The notes under the pieces were generated by a model. The model was given only the letters and a program-made list of their open reading frames with translations, was not told the DNA's origin and did no database searches. Shown one piece after another: positions 10,386-20,910 of a stretch of DNA of 64,000 nucleotides; the stretch's first letter is position 1; every line of letters begins with the position of its first letter. Source of the stretch: Klebsiella phage vB_KpM_FBKp24. The DNA lies in sequence record MW394391.1, one strand, 5' to 3'. The position numbers were made by a program, and so were the translations under genes.

Positions 10386-12017
10386 TTATGCGTCGCCAGT
10401 GATATTACGTAAAACTAACTGTACGTTGTCAACGTCAGCGCTCTTAGAGAGTGTGCCACGTGAAGATAGATACCACTCTTTGCGACTCTTTAATCTATTA
10501 AATTCCGCCAGGGAATCAGAAGCGTAAATGGCTGTGAAGGTACAACGGTCACCGTCGAAGTCGGCCCCTAAGGGATTGAGGTAACTCACTCCTATCCCCA
10601 TCGAGTTAACGTATTCTACTGACTTAGTTTGGTCAGGGAATTCAAAGCAAATATAGTCTTCGCCCAATCTTCGCCAGTCGTGACCAAGTTCAGGTTTCAC
10701 GCTAGAAACAATGGTCGGTTTACAGTAAATATTTGCTATGAAGGTTGAACCTTGCCCTGTGACAGGGTAACGAGTTACAACACCCGCCAGTTTTCCCCAT
10801 TCCCGATATCCCGATAAGTAATAAAGGGAGGTCATGTTGATAGGGCTCACGAATCGCTTATCGAAACCCGCCGGGAGTTCATTAATGTCGGAGAAGAATC
10901 GGAAACCTTCCTCGCCCCAATAAAGAAGACCGAGATAAAAGCCATCTACCATGATCGGCTTACTGCGGAACGCAGGGGTTTTGTACCGGGTTATTTGTGC
11001 GTCAAGACCGTCACGGGTCGTCCAGCGTTCAATCGCCTCCGGTGAGGGTTGAACATATTCTGCTCGCAGCGTTTTTGGGTTAGTCAGTCGGATTTCATCT
11101 TCGCTATTACCAGAGAAGACTTCACCTAACCAGCCCGACCGTAAGAAGTAACGTGTTTTCGGCAACACCGCTTTGATCGTCTGGTAAAGACCTAACTGAA
11201 CATGGTTGACCCCAGGCGTATTCGTTTCACCGATTCGACCCCCGGTAATTTTCATCGGTGAAATGACGTTCGCCGTACCGTTGAGTATTTTACGAGAAGC
11301 CCATTTGGCTGCAGCGAAACCCTTTTTACCTTTAATCATGTTAAAGATACTTTCAAAGATTTCGTTGAACTGACGCTGGAGCTGTAAACGACTGTTGTTG
11401 ATTACGGGGTCTTCGGAAGGTTCTCTTCCCGTGTCAAGACTACTTGAAATAGAAATGATTGAGCGATAATATTTATTAATTTCATCTTCACTGGTTCTAC
11501 CGGTGGGCTCAACCATTAAATCCCGTAGCCCGGCTGGCATGACAAGTACTTTATCGACGAGGGCGTTTTCTTTGTTTTTGTTAATCAGTTTAACTCGGAG
11601 ATTACGAATTTCCGAATCCCCTTCCTCGATCTTCAGTTCAGGGAAGTGACGAACAAAGAAAGCGAAACCCGTATCGCCCTCCATTTCGTTGCTGGGTTCG
11701 AAATCAAAGGTTTCTGTGTTAAAGACCGCGTAACGTCTACCCTCTAAAATATCCAGGTATAAGCGTTTTAAAGAACCTAGGCGCTTATAAATGAGGGGGT
11801 GGAAAATTCGCGTGTTAAGATTAATGTAACTGAATCGACCGTCTCGTTCGGGAGAACCGAGGGGACCAAAAGTTTCAATAGAAAATAACCCATCCTTATG
11901 GAAGTTCCGCGTGCCCGTTTCAAATATTTCTGTTGTAACAGTCGGGCGCATACTCCGAATCAATTGCGGGGTTAGTTCCATGAGGAAGATATTGAAAGGA
12001 ATATCATTGGTACGCAT
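10386..12017 (-). CDS. multisubunit RNA polymerase beta'-like subunit, N-terminal fragment (543 aa)
   Basis: Contains NPLGADFDGDRCTF, encoded at 10545-10566, which is the NADFDGD catalytic Asp triad of RpoC. The N-terminal ETFGPLGSPERDGRFSY matches the RpoC N-terminal ERDGLF...FGP segment. The ORF stops about 35 aa after the triad, so this is a split subunit. Confidence 0.75.
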   Translation of the reverse strand: MRTNDIPFNIFLMELTPQLIRSMRPTVTTEIFETGTRNFHKDGLFSIETFGPLGSPERDGRFSYINLNTRIFHPLIYKRLGSLKRLYLDILEGRRYAVFNTETFDFEPSNEMEGDTGFAFFVRHFPELKIEEGDSEIRNLRVKLINKNKENALVDKVLVMPAGLRDLMVEPTGRTSEDEINKYYRSIISISSSLDTGREPSEDPVINNSRLQLQRQFNEIFESIFNMIKGKKGFAAAKWASRKILNGTANVISPMKITGGRIGETNTPGVNHVQLGLYQTIKAVLPKTRYFLRSGWLGEVFSGNSEDEIRLTNPKTLRAEYVQPSPEAIERWTTRDGLDAQITRYKTPAFRSKPIMVDGFYLGLLYWGEEGFRFFSDINELPAGFDKRFVSPINMTSLYYLSGYREWGKLAGVVTRYPVTGQGSTFIANIYCKPTIVSSVKPELGHDWRRLGEDYICFEFPDQTKSVEYVNSMGIGVSYLNPLGADFDGDRCTFTAIYASDSLAEFNRLKSRKEWYLSSRGTLSKSADVDNVQLVLRNITGDA

Positions 12018-12063
12018 TGTTTAAATCCTGTTAACAGATGATTAACCTTTTTAAGGGAACAAA

Positions 12064-15000
12064 ATGGCCAAAAGAGAAAAAATAGATCTTGATCGTTTTG
12101 ACGATTTTGATCTCGAAGATAACTGGGGTATGGACAGAGAACCTACTCCGGCGCGCGACGGTAGCGGGAAGCGCGAAGCGGTTAAAAAAGCAGGGAAGAC
12201 CGTATTACGGGAAATGGGGAAAACTACCTTCACCACGCAGATGGCGAAAACCATTCTGAAAGAGGCGATGCCGCGTTCCTTTACGACAACCCTGGATAAT
12301 ATCGACCGCGGTCTCATCGACACCCGTGCACTCTATGCTGAGGTCCGGCGTGATGCCTCCCCGATGGTCAGGGAGATGAAGGCATTAGGTAGAACGGTCA
12401 ACCGTTTAGTGCCTACACCATACCAAAAGAAAATTGACGCGTACCTCAGTCGTCAGAGTGCCACTGATAACTCTGGGAAACAACTCGCAGCACTGAATAT
12501 CGAAGATGCGGCGGTTCTACAATCCCTGGCACAAGTTTTCAACCAGGAAGAAAGTAAAACTAAACAAGAGAGTACGGACGAGCTCACTGAGAAATTAACG
12601 GATCAGAAATACAAAGTGAAGCTGGGTACCGCTATTGCGAGTATTCAGAATTTACTGGCGAAGCAAACTGCTTATCAATTTGGTGCACAACGTGCATTTC
12701 AAAAGAAAAGTATGGAGCTTCAAATAAGACAGCTGATGGTCTCACGGGCTCATTTGGATGTCGCTCAAAAATCCGCGATTGAAACGTCGAATCTGTTAAG
12801 AAGCATCGTGGAAAACTCTGCGTTACCGGACGTCGTTAAACAGCACCGTTCGGAAGAATTTATGCGCATGGGTCGCGAAAAGATCTTTGGACGTATTCAA
12901 TCTTCAATGTACGACTGGACGAGTAATTATCGTCAACAGTTTAAAGACCGAGTTAAACAAGTAGTTGGGGACAGAGTACAGAAGTTCCAGACGGGCATGG
13001 GGTTAGCGAATAGCACCCTCGAACAACTGGAAATGCAACGTGAACTTTTAGCCTCAATGGGCGTAACCCCAGAAGAGTTCTTAGCCGGTGCGGCCGGTAA
13101 CTGGGGCGCACTGCAAATCGGTAAACGCATCGGTCGTAGTATTAATCGCCGAGTGCCGGCCCTCCGTCGTTTGGACGGGACGTTTCAGGGTGCTAACTAC
13201 CTTTTTAATAATAAAGAACGTTTAGCAGCAGATTGGGGTAATTCAGGATACCGTTACGGAAAATGGTATAACCCGATTGAAAACTTCCTGAAAGACACAC
13301 TACGCAGTAGTTACAAAGATGGTGGTGTTGTTCGTGCAGGTGGGTTAGGGAACGGCGATAAAATCTCGTCTGTAGATGAGCGTAAACTCGGTTACATGGA
13401 GGAGATGTCAGGTTACCTGTCCCGAATCTTACATAGTATCGATGTCCTAAGAACCGGAGATAGTAAGGCGCCACGTACGGTTTTCAATCGTCAGAAAGGG
13501 ATCTTTACCACCTTCGATGAATCCGTCGCGAGTACCCGGGAAGCCCTATTAAAAGACACGGATATCAATGCCCAGCGAGAAAACGTTGAGCGGTTAATTA
13601 CCTCCATCGACGGCAATAACCGACTGTCGCCACAGGCACGAGGAAAAATCTCTGATCACTTAATGGCACGTGCCAGAACCTCAAAAGCCTTTAACCCCGG
13701 TCAGATTGCCAACGAAAAAATCAACGGTCTTTCCCGTGACGAGATGCGTTTATGGCAAGGGTTATTGGCGAAACGTTACGGTCTCAAGCTTAACGAAAAA
13801 AGCGAATGGACGCTCAACCCGTTCTCTTCTTCTAACGTTAACCTGAACATCGATGCAGGACAGTACAATTACGCTTCGAACCAGACACAAGGTATTTTTA
13901 ATCGAGCACATGGGCTGGCGCAAACCGGAAATCTGGAAGAGCTAATCTCTGAAGGAGCCGTTATCTTTAAAAACGGGAACTGGGAACTGAACCCGGAGTA
14001 TTACGCTAACCGGGTCGGTGGGAAACGAAGCGGGAGTAATAACCCGCCTTCAAACCCGGGAGATATGGGACCACCAAGACCGGGCGATCGTCCGCCGGTT
14101 CCGCCGACACCTGGTGGTAACCCGCCAGACCTGCGGCGTTTTGGACAAGACTGGACCAACCCCAATTCCGTTAACTTCAACCTCGGCGGATCTCAATTCG
14201 CGAGTGTCCTGACGGCACAAACTGATCGCATTCTGGAACGAATGGAAAAAAGCCAACTGTTCTGGGACGAACAGATGGCACGTATCGAAAGTCAATTGGC
14301 TGGGTTAGGGTCAGCAGGGACTGGCGGCGGCGATGGTTCTGGTCAACCTCCTGGCCCAGAACCCCGTCGTCGGTTCAGTCGTGGTTGGTTAGGACGAGGC
14401 TTACGTAGTGGGTTACGCGGTGCAGGTCGCGGTGTAAAAGGACTATGGGACTTAAGTGGTCTACCATTTAAAGCCGCCGGTGAAGCATTCCGCAGGATCC
14501 GTCGACCCGCCTTTAATGCGGCGATGACCATTGGTACGTTTGGACTTAACAAAGTCTTTGGTTACGGGATGCAAGCATTCGAGCGAGCCCAAGATGGGTA
14601 CATTACCACAGTTAACGGTCTGAAGAAGGTTTTAACAAAGGAAGGGTTGGAATCGGGTCAGTATGTTGATCAGGCCACCGGGAAAATTATCAAAAAACTC
14701 TCCGATGTCAGAGGAGCGGTTTGGGACGTTGTTAATAATACCCAAGTCATCTCCGATGATGAAGCAAGGGGCGGATTATTCAATGCTGCCGGTACCCGAG
14801 TTAAAACTGCATTTAGTAAGACAGTGGGCGCGATTGGTTCCCTGATCAACGGGCGGTTTACACCCTATAACCTCATGAAAGGTGCGTTGGGTCTCGGCGG
14901 GAAAGGGCTGGGTAGTTTATTAACCCGGTTACCTGACATCTACGTCAAAGGGGAAAGTAAACCACGTCTTTACGCAAGTAAATTAGCGAATGGGGAATAC

Positions 15001-18000
15001 TTCTCCATGCGGACGGGTAAACGAATTTCTAAGCTCTCCGACATCGATGGTGATGTGGGTACTTTAGATCCCCGCACGCGAACAATGACGCCTGTAATGA
15101 CCGCTGAAGACGCTGCCAAAGGTCTTGTTGATCGCAATGGGCAGGCTATCCGTACCGGCCTCGGAAGACTGGTAGGAATGTTAGGTAGCGGTTTAAGGGG
15201 TGCATTTAACTTTGCAGCGTCACCGTTTAAACTGTTAAACGCTATGGGTAGAACCGCTGCTAATATCGCAACCTCCGGTATCCGAACAGTAGGGAATATT
15301 TTCACCGGTGGGGCGTTTGGTGGGCGCAGTATGGGTACGGGTCCTAATACGTGGCTGAAACGCATCTACCGATTACTTGTTAATCAATTCACGGGTAAGA
15401 ATCCATTAGACGGTTTAGAAGAGACCGAGGATGGTTTAGGTGGAATCAAAAACCGTCTAACAGGCGGCTTCGAGCGATTGAAGAACCGTGCTGGTAGTTG
15501 GTGGAATCGTTTACAGAAGAAAAAACCGGATGAGGCAAAGCCGGAACACGCCGAAAGGGCAGCGAAGGAATCAGGCGGTTGGGGAAAACTGATCTGGGCG
15601 GCCATCACTGGTGTGGGAGCGATTGTTAGTAAAGTTGCTTCTGGTTTTGGAAGTTTCTGGAAATGGATAAAAGAATTACCACGTTGGATTGGTGCCAGTA
15701 AAGCCGTGGGGGCGGCAGGCGATTTAGCAGGAGATGCCTTAGACGGTGCGGGAAGAAGAGGAGGCGGATTGTTACGCCGCTCCGGTGGCGTCCTGAAAAA
15801 AGTGGGTAAAGGTGCGTTAGGAGTAGCCGGGTTCTTAGGGCGGGGATTATTCAGTGGGGCCGGAATGTTGGCTCGCGGTGCGGCCGTGGCAGCTGGTTCG
15901 TTACTTTCAGCGCCAGTGTTAATTGGGGCGGCTGTCGCGGTGGGGGTTGGGTATCTGATTTATAAAGGGTACCAAGCGTACAAAAACAAACTCACCTTGC
16001 TCCGTAAATACCGAGTAGCGCAATACGGCGTTAACCCCAAAGACGACGATAAAGCAGGTAAGGTTTTAGCACTGGAAGAAGCGGTACTGAAGTCCAGTCA
16101 AATCGACGGACAAGGGAAACTGAAAATCGGTTCATTACCTTTCCAAGATCTTGTCACGGCGTTCGGTATAGAGATCACCGACCAACGTGCTGTACAGCGT
16201 TGGGTACGTTGGTACCAAATGCGTTTTGCCCCGGTGTTCTCCCGTAACGTAGAGATTCTTCATCAAATGGATCCGAAAGCAAAAATCACTGACGCCGAAT
16301 TTCTGAAAGATTCTCAGCGCGGTGATTTTGCAAGGAGCACCTTTATCGCTTCCGGCGGTGCGCAATCTCCTTACCTGGTTTCCGACTCACCGTTCCCGGA
16401 AATCTCTTCGGTCACCGGCGACCGGTTCGTTGCGGGCTGGCGAGACCAGGTGATTGCGGAATACGCCAAGGCAGAGAAAGCGGCAGTAGCGAGTGGTGAG
16501 AAGAAAGTGCTGGCAGTAGGGGAAGCGAAGAAACCGCGCGGACTGGATGCGCTAAATCAAAAAGCACAACAGATGCAAGCGGCTAACGCAAACCGAAACA
16601 TTAACCCAAGCACCGACCTCTACTATTCTCCTGGCGATACCCGTAAAGGTATGACATCTCTAACGGGCGACAGTCGTAAAGATGAGCTGATCGAGATCGG
16701 GAACCGTATCGATGACCTTACTTCGATACGGATGAAACTGTACGGTCTGCCTGAGTTGGTGAAAGGTGACGTCAATACGTTGGTGGCGCTGGAAGCCGAG
16801 GCGATTAAGCAGGTTCGTTATGGGGATAAAGGCGTCGCCTATTGGACCGGAAATACCGAGCAATTCTTCGCTAACTGGAATGGGCAATTCGCGGTTAACG
16901 TGAATAACCCAGACGAGAAAACGGGGTGGTTGTTCTGGTTTAATAAACGTTTCCTTCCGGTCTTCCTGAACTTCTGCTCGGAAAGTAACTACCTGTCCCC
17001 GAACACGTCACCGCTTCAAGCATGGAAGAAATTGAATGCCAGCGATTTACTTAAAATCGCCAATTTCATGAACGGTGCGACAACCGAGGTCAACGGAAAC
17101 CGGGTGTCGGTCTGGACGATCAAAGCTTCTCCTTGGCCTAATCGGATTTCCAATCTCGACAGTAGCGTCATTCAGTCTAACCTGGACGCACTGCGTCTCG
17201 AGAGTAAGAAAGAAATTTACCAAGAGAAAGTAAAGACCGAGACCGAGATCAGTCAAATGACTTTTGCCGGAAAACCGCTACGTGCCACAGTTACCGGGAA
17301 TAAGATTGCCGATCTGATGACGGACGTTTCGGCGATTACGGCGGCAGGTAAAGGACGGGCGACTGGTAAAAACGGTGTAGGGATATATGGTCAGCGACTG
17401 GGCTCTATGGGAACCTCCTATGAGCGCGCGGAATCAGGCAGCAGCTTCACGGATACTAACTTGTTACATTCCGGGGAAGGAACAGGTGGTTCAATTAACG
17501 ACATCCCTGAACCGAAAGGGGACGGGTGGGAAAACGTTAAAGATTCGCTTATAGCGGTCGCGAAAATGGTGGGGGTTGACCCCGGCTCATTGGCGGCGAT
17601 GATTGCGCAAGAATCTGGGTTTGAGCTCAGAGCCAAGAACGGTGGTTCTACGGCAGCGGGTCTGGGTCAGTTCATTGATAGTACCTGGAAAGAGATGCTC
17701 CCGGTACTCGTGAAGAAATACGGCGTGAACCCTAATACGTCTCAGTACGACCCGAGAGCTTCCCTATTGGCAACAGCAGAGTACATGAAGAAAAACGCGG
17801 CGATTATCGGGGATATCGGAAGACCGTTAACGACCACCGATATTTACATGGCACATTTCTTAGGTCCAGGAGGGGCGAAGAACGTTTTAAGAGTGCCGAG
17901 TAATACGCCGATTGCCACCGCGATGGGTGATCAGTATGCGTCCGCGGCCAAAGCAAACAAAGAGATCTTTAACGGTGTGAGAACAACGGGTGATCTCGTT

Positions 18001-18669
18001 GCGAGCTTGGGTAGGTACCTTTCCAACAACGGCGGGCGGTACATTCAGGAAGCCAACGCAATGGCGAATAAGGCCGGACCTGCTGTGCCTAACAGTACAG
18101 ACTCTGGCGCAGTGACGAATGTCACGCCTTCTACTACTACCCCAACGTCAGACAATGGAACGGCTGAAACACCGGCAGTAGTAGCGAGCGCTAAAAGTGT
18201 GGCAAATAACCCTGCTAAGGGGGAGTTGCCTACAGGGAATACTACTAGCGCAGCCGTGGTTAACCGTGGGACTGATACTTTAACACCTGCGGTTACAAGG
18301 GCAACAGACAAGCGTGACGAAACTGCTATTGTCCAACAGTCTGTCCAACGCGACAAAGCAGCAGCGGCGAGTCGTGCGGCCGTGGCAGCGGCGCGTCAGC
18401 AAACTGCGCAGGCGACCAGCGAGACTAATGGTTGGGCAAATGTGTTGAACGATCAACTGACCGTCCAGAAATCGATGGACAGTACGTTGATTGAAATCAA
18501 AGAGCTGATTCAAAAAGGCGGTCTACTGGGCGGGAACGGGGGTAGTGACAATTCCCCGAAAGCCAGTCCAAATACAGACGAGTTAAAAGGGAAAAGTTTG
18601 AACGTCAACGGAAACGGTCCTCGTCCGTATGAACCGTTTGATACATCGCTCTCATCGCAGTATCGTTAA
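12064..18669 (+). CDS. giant virion-associated protein (2201 aa) with C-terminal lytic transglycosylase (SLT) domain, phiKZ gp181-like
   Basis: Residues around 1840-1960 (DNA about 17560-17900) read AMIAQESGFELRAKNGGSTAAGLGQFIDSTWKEM...YMAHFLGPGGA, which are SLT/lysozyme-like family-1 motifs (catalytic E-S, GLGQF, AHFLG). The N-terminal 1800 aa are Gly/Arg-rich low-complexity and coiled-coil, typical of tape-measure or ejection proteins. It is adjacent to RNAP subunit genes. Confidence 0.8.
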   Translation: MAKREKIDLDRFDDFDLEDNWGMDREPTPARDGSGKREAVKKAGKTVLREMGKTTFTTQMAKTILKEAMPRSFTTTLDNIDRGLIDTRALYAEVRRDASPMVREMKALGRTVNRLVPTPYQKKIDAYLSRQSATDNSGKQLAALNIEDAAVLQSLAQVFNQEESKTKQESTDELTEKLTDQKYKVKLGTAIASIQNLLAKQTAYQFGAQRAFQKKSMELQIRQLMVSRAHLDVAQKSAIETSNLLRSIVENSALPDVVKQHRSEEFMRMGREKIFGRIQSSMYDWTSNYRQQFKDRVKQVVGDRVQKFQTGMGLANSTLEQLEMQRELLASMGVTPEEFLAGAAGNWGALQIGKRIGRSINRRVPALRRLDGTFQGANYLFNNKERLAADWGNSGYRYGKWYNPIENFLKDTLRSSYKDGGVVRAGGLGNGDKISSVDERKLGYMEEMSGYLSRILHSIDVLRTGDSKAPRTVFNRQKGIFTTFDESVASTREALLKDTDINAQRENVERLITSIDGNNRLSPQARGKISDHLMARARTSKAFNPGQIANEKINGLSRDEMRLWQGLLAKRYGLKLNEKSEWTLNPFSSSNVNLNIDAGQYNYASNQTQGIFNRAHGLAQTGNLEELISEGAVIFKNGNWELNPEYYANRVGGKRSGSNNPPSNPGDMGPPRPGDRPPVPPTPGGNPPDLRRFGQDWTNPNSVNFNLGGSQFASVLTAQTDRILERMEKSQLFWDEQMARIESQLAGLGSAGTGGGDGSGQPPGPEPRRRFSRGWLGRGLRSGLRGAGRGVKGLWDLSGLPFKAAGEAFRRIRRPAFNAAMTIGTFGLNKVFGYGMQAFERAQDGYITTVNGLKKVLTKEGLESGQYVDQATGKIIKKLSDVRGAVWDVVNNTQVISDDEARGGLFNAAGTRVKTAFSKTVGAIGSLINGRFTPYNLMKGALGLGGKGLGSLLTRLPDIYVKGESKPRLYASKLANGEYFSMRTGKRISKLSDIDGDVGTLDPRTRTMTPVMTAEDAAKGLVDRNGQAIRTGLGRLVGMLGSGLRGAFNFAASPFKLLNAMGRTAANIATSGIRTVGNIFTGGAFGGRSMGTGPNTWLKRIYRLLVNQFTGKNPLDGLEETEDGLGGIKNRLTGGFERLKNRAGSWWNRLQKKKPDEAKPEHAERAAKESGGWGKLIWAAITGVGAIVSKVASGFGSFWKWIKELPRWIGASKAVGAAGDLAGDALDGAGRRGGGLLRRSGGVLKKVGKGALGVAGFLGRGLFSGAGMLARGAAVAAGSLLSAPVLIGAAVAVGVGYLIYKGYQAYKNKLTLLRKYRVAQYGVNPKDDDKAGKVLALEEAVLKSSQIDGQGKLKIGSLPFQDLVTAFGIEITDQRAVQRWVRWYQMRFAPVFSRNVEILHQMDPKAKITDAEFLKDSQRGDFARSTFIASGGAQSPYLVSDSPFPEISSVTGDRFVAGWRDQVIAEYAKAEKAAVASGEKKVLAVGEAKKPRGLDALNQKAQQMQAANANRNINPSTDLYYSPGDTRKGMTSLTGDSRKDELIEIGNRIDDLTSIRMKLYGLPELVKGDVNTLVALEAEAIKQVRYGDKGVAYWTGNTEQFFANWNGQFAVNVNNPDEKTGWLFWFNKRFLPVFLNFCSESNYLSPNTSPLQAWKKLNASDLLKIANFMNGATTEVNGNRVSVWTIKASPWPNRISNLDSSVIQSNLDALRLESKKEIYQEKVKTETEISQMTFAGKPLRATVTGNKIADLMTDVSAITAAGKGRATGKNGVGIYGQRLGSMGTSYERAESGSSFTDTNLLHSGEGTGGSINDIPEPKGDGWENVKDSLIAVAKMVGVDPGSLAAMIAQESGFELRAKNGGSTAAGLGQFIDSTWKEMLPVLVKKYGVNPNTSQYDPRASLLATAEYMKKNAAIIGDIGRPLTTTDIYMAHFLGPGGAKNVLRVPSNTPIATAMGDQYASAAKANKEIFNGVRTTGDLVASLGRYLSNNGGRYIQEANAMANKAGPAVPNSTDSGAVTNVTPSTTTPTSDNGTAETPAVVASAKSVANNPAKGELPTGNTTSAAVVNRGTDTLTPAVTRATDKRDETAIVQQSVQRDKAAAASRAAVAAARQQTAQATSETNGWANVLNDQLTVQKSMDSTLIEIKELIQKGGLLGGNGGSDNSPKASPNTDELKGKSLNVNGNGPRPYEPFDTSLSSQYR

Positions 18670-18676
18670 TAGTGTT

Positions 18677-18705
18677 AAGGGAGGGTCATCCTCCCTTTTC
18701 TTTTT
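18677..18705 (+). terminator. intrinsic terminator AAGGGAGG-gtcat-CCTCCCTT plus TTCTTTTT
   Basis: Directly after the TAA of the 2201-aa gene. Confidence 0.65.
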
Positions 18706-18722
18706 CTAACTGGAGAACATAC

Positions 18723-20867
18723 ATGGCAACGCTTGACACAATTACAGATGACAGCTGGACCAGGCAGTCATTTTTATTACCCGCAGACGCCGTGGATGAC
18801 GATGACATTTATTACCGTAATCACTCGGCCGCGTATTTCAAATTTACCGATACGACGCTCGGTGGTAATTGGGCGTTAAATGCCCCTCCCCAACCTTGTT
18901 TATTTTCCGACCCGGTTCTAGACCGTTATGTGGAAATTGGTGAAGGTCAAGGGGCGTGGTATTCCGAAAATATCGATGATAACGCTGTCCTGCTCCATAT
19001 GCGTTTCGGTGTACCTAACTATAACAGTTTAACCAGTTTCTTTGGAAACTTCTACAGTTCTGATGACGCCCGATTAGTGCGTACAGGACGGGCGGCTGGA
19101 ATAGGGAACTTAATTGGCCGGGCGTTGGGTTGGGCCTTCTCTGTCAGACTAATCCCGTTTATCATGACCTTCACCGCTATCAAGTGGTTTACCGGGACAG
19201 TCAGTACTAAATTCTATTACCTTAAACCCACCATGGGCCTGTACTGGAAATACGTCAACGACTTTGCCAACAATATCGCATCCAATCTTGACCTGGCGGC
19301 GAAACCGACAGGTGACTCATGGGTTCGTCTTTCTGAGGCGGTGAACCTTAAAGGAACCACACCGATGTCAGAGTCGGGAGACCCTGGTACAGAATCCATC
19401 GAGTCTGCTGCCAAAACAGCTTTCGAAATCGGGGCCAGAGAGAAATCGGTTTATGACCAGATGGTCCCTGAGCTTTTCCGTTCCGAAGGACTTACTGGTA
19501 TTGATATTTACGCGACAGCCACAAGAGCACAGGCTTACGCTAATGCTTGGCATGAAGCCGTCAATGAAATTGCTGCCCAGAACCAAAGCAATGGTAACGG
19601 GGTAATGTCTAGTGTTTACGCCTGGATGACAGGCGGCGGGGCTACATCTTCATTAAATAAAGCTAAGAAGAAAACGTACGCCACCACGGAAGAGTTCCTC
19701 AATGCTTATTTGAAAGACCCGGATGGTCGTTTAAGTGAATCTCCTGCAAACGGATCAGCTGACACAAACAACGCAGAAGTTAATACCACCGCACAACCGA
19801 CTGCGACCACTACGGATACAAACGGCAACGCAATCTCTGCTGCGGGAGAAAACGGAACAGAAGAGACACAGATGGGGGTCATTGAACAGGCTTACGAGAG
19901 CGTGAAGGATTACTTCACCGATGAGGTCATTGGTCGTGCTTACGCAACCTTTAAGGCCGCTCAGCGAGACGGTAGTCAGTGGTTAACACTCCGTATCGAC
20001 GGAAGGGAAGCCGCCAGCGAATCTTTCTCTAACAGTACGCGAGAATCGGATATCCAATCTACGATTAACAGTACTTCTTCTCGTGCGGCGAGTATGCGAT
20101 TCAGCATGGCCCAAGGCAACTTTGTCGGTATCCCCGGAATGCAACAGATCATGGATACGGTCAAAGACATTGCTGGCGGAGTCATGGACTCTTTGCACAT
20201 CTCGGGTGTCGGGGCAATAGCAGGGAACGCGTTTGTTGATATTCCTAAACACTACGACAGTTCCTCTGCAACATTTAACCAAATGTCCGTTACCATTCCA
20301 CTACGGGCGTGGGCAGCCGATAACTTCAACCGTTTCCAGTGTGAAATTCTTCCCCTTATTACCATGCTCGTGGGTGCCTTACCAAGAGCAACGGGGACAG
20401 GTTCCTACACTGCACCCTTTATCGGTGAGTTCTACTGCCAAGGTCGTTGCTCTATTCCGTTGGGGATGATTACCGCGATCGACATTACTCGTGGGACATC
20501 CAATATGCCCTGGACAAGTAAAGGCGAGTACTTAGGAATCGATGTTCGTCTCACGATCAGCGACATGTCCTCTGTTGCAGCAATGAACCTGAACGAGGCA
20601 TTTGGGTTACGAAACTTTGATCCGACTACCTGGAACCGTTTACTGTTCCCTCAGGATTCTTCGTTTGAAATGTACACTAACGTTTTATCTAGTTTAGGGT
20701 TGCAGGATCAGATCTACATGCTTCCACGATTCAAGCGAAACTGGAACCGTGTAGTAACAAGTTTCGATAAGTTCTTCTCGTACTCTAACGTAGCGAATAC
20801 GATTTTCAGCGGCAACATGGGAGGATTAATTTTATCTGCCCTGAGTAAAACCGACCGCGGTCTATAA
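18723..20867 (+). CDS. hypothetical virion-module protein (714 aa)
   Basis: The track ORF starts at 18672, but the ATG at 18723 has a GGAGA RBS and follows terminator 18677-18705, so the start is placed there. A bidirectional terminator lies downstream. Confidence 0.55.
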   Translation: MATLDTITDDSWTRQSFLLPADAVDDDDIYYRNHSAAYFKFTDTTLGGNWALNAPPQPCLFSDPVLDRYVEIGEGQGAWYSENIDDNAVLLHMRFGVPNYNSLTSFFGNFYSSDDARLVRTGRAAGIGNLIGRALGWAFSVRLIPFIMTFTAIKWFTGTVSTKFYYLKPTMGLYWKYVNDFANNIASNLDLAAKPTGDSWVRLSEAVNLKGTTPMSESGDPGTESIESAAKTAFEIGAREKSVYDQMVPELFRSEGLTGIDIYATATRAQAYANAWHEAVNEIAAQNQSNGNGVMSSVYAWMTGGGATSSLNKAKKKTYATTEEFLNAYLKDPDGRLSESPANGSADTNNAEVNTTAQPTATTTDTNGNAISAAGENGTEETQMGVIEQAYESVKDYFTDEVIGRAYATFKAAQRDGSQWLTLRIDGREAASESFSNSTRESDIQSTINSTSSRAASMRFSMAQGNFVGIPGMQQIMDTVKDIAGGVMDSLHISGVGAIAGNAFVDIPKHYDSSSATFNQMSVTIPLRAWAADNFNRFQCEILPLITMLVGALPRATGTGSYTAPFIGEFYCQGRCSIPLGMITAIDITRGTSNMPWTSKGEYLGIDVRLTISDMSSVAAMNLNEAFGLRNFDPTTWNRLLFPQDSSFEMYTNVLSSLGLQDQIYMLPRFKRNWNRVVTSFDKFFSYSNVANTIFSGNMGGLILSALSKTDRGL

Positions 20868-20878
20868 ACAAAAAAAAA

Positions 20879-20910
20879 AGAGAGAGAGGGATTTACCCTC
20901 TCTCTCTTTT
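20879..20910. terminator. bidirectional terminator AGAGAGAGAGGG-attta-CCCTCTCTCTCT
   Basis: 12-bp stem between convergent genes, with an A9 tract on one side and a T4 tract on the other. Confidence 0.75.

Noticed and set aside
12051-12323. 90-aa minus-strand ORF overlapping the start of the 2201-aa gene.
   Set aside because: It is antisense to the start of the 2201-aa gene. The divergent promoter region is already only 46 bp.
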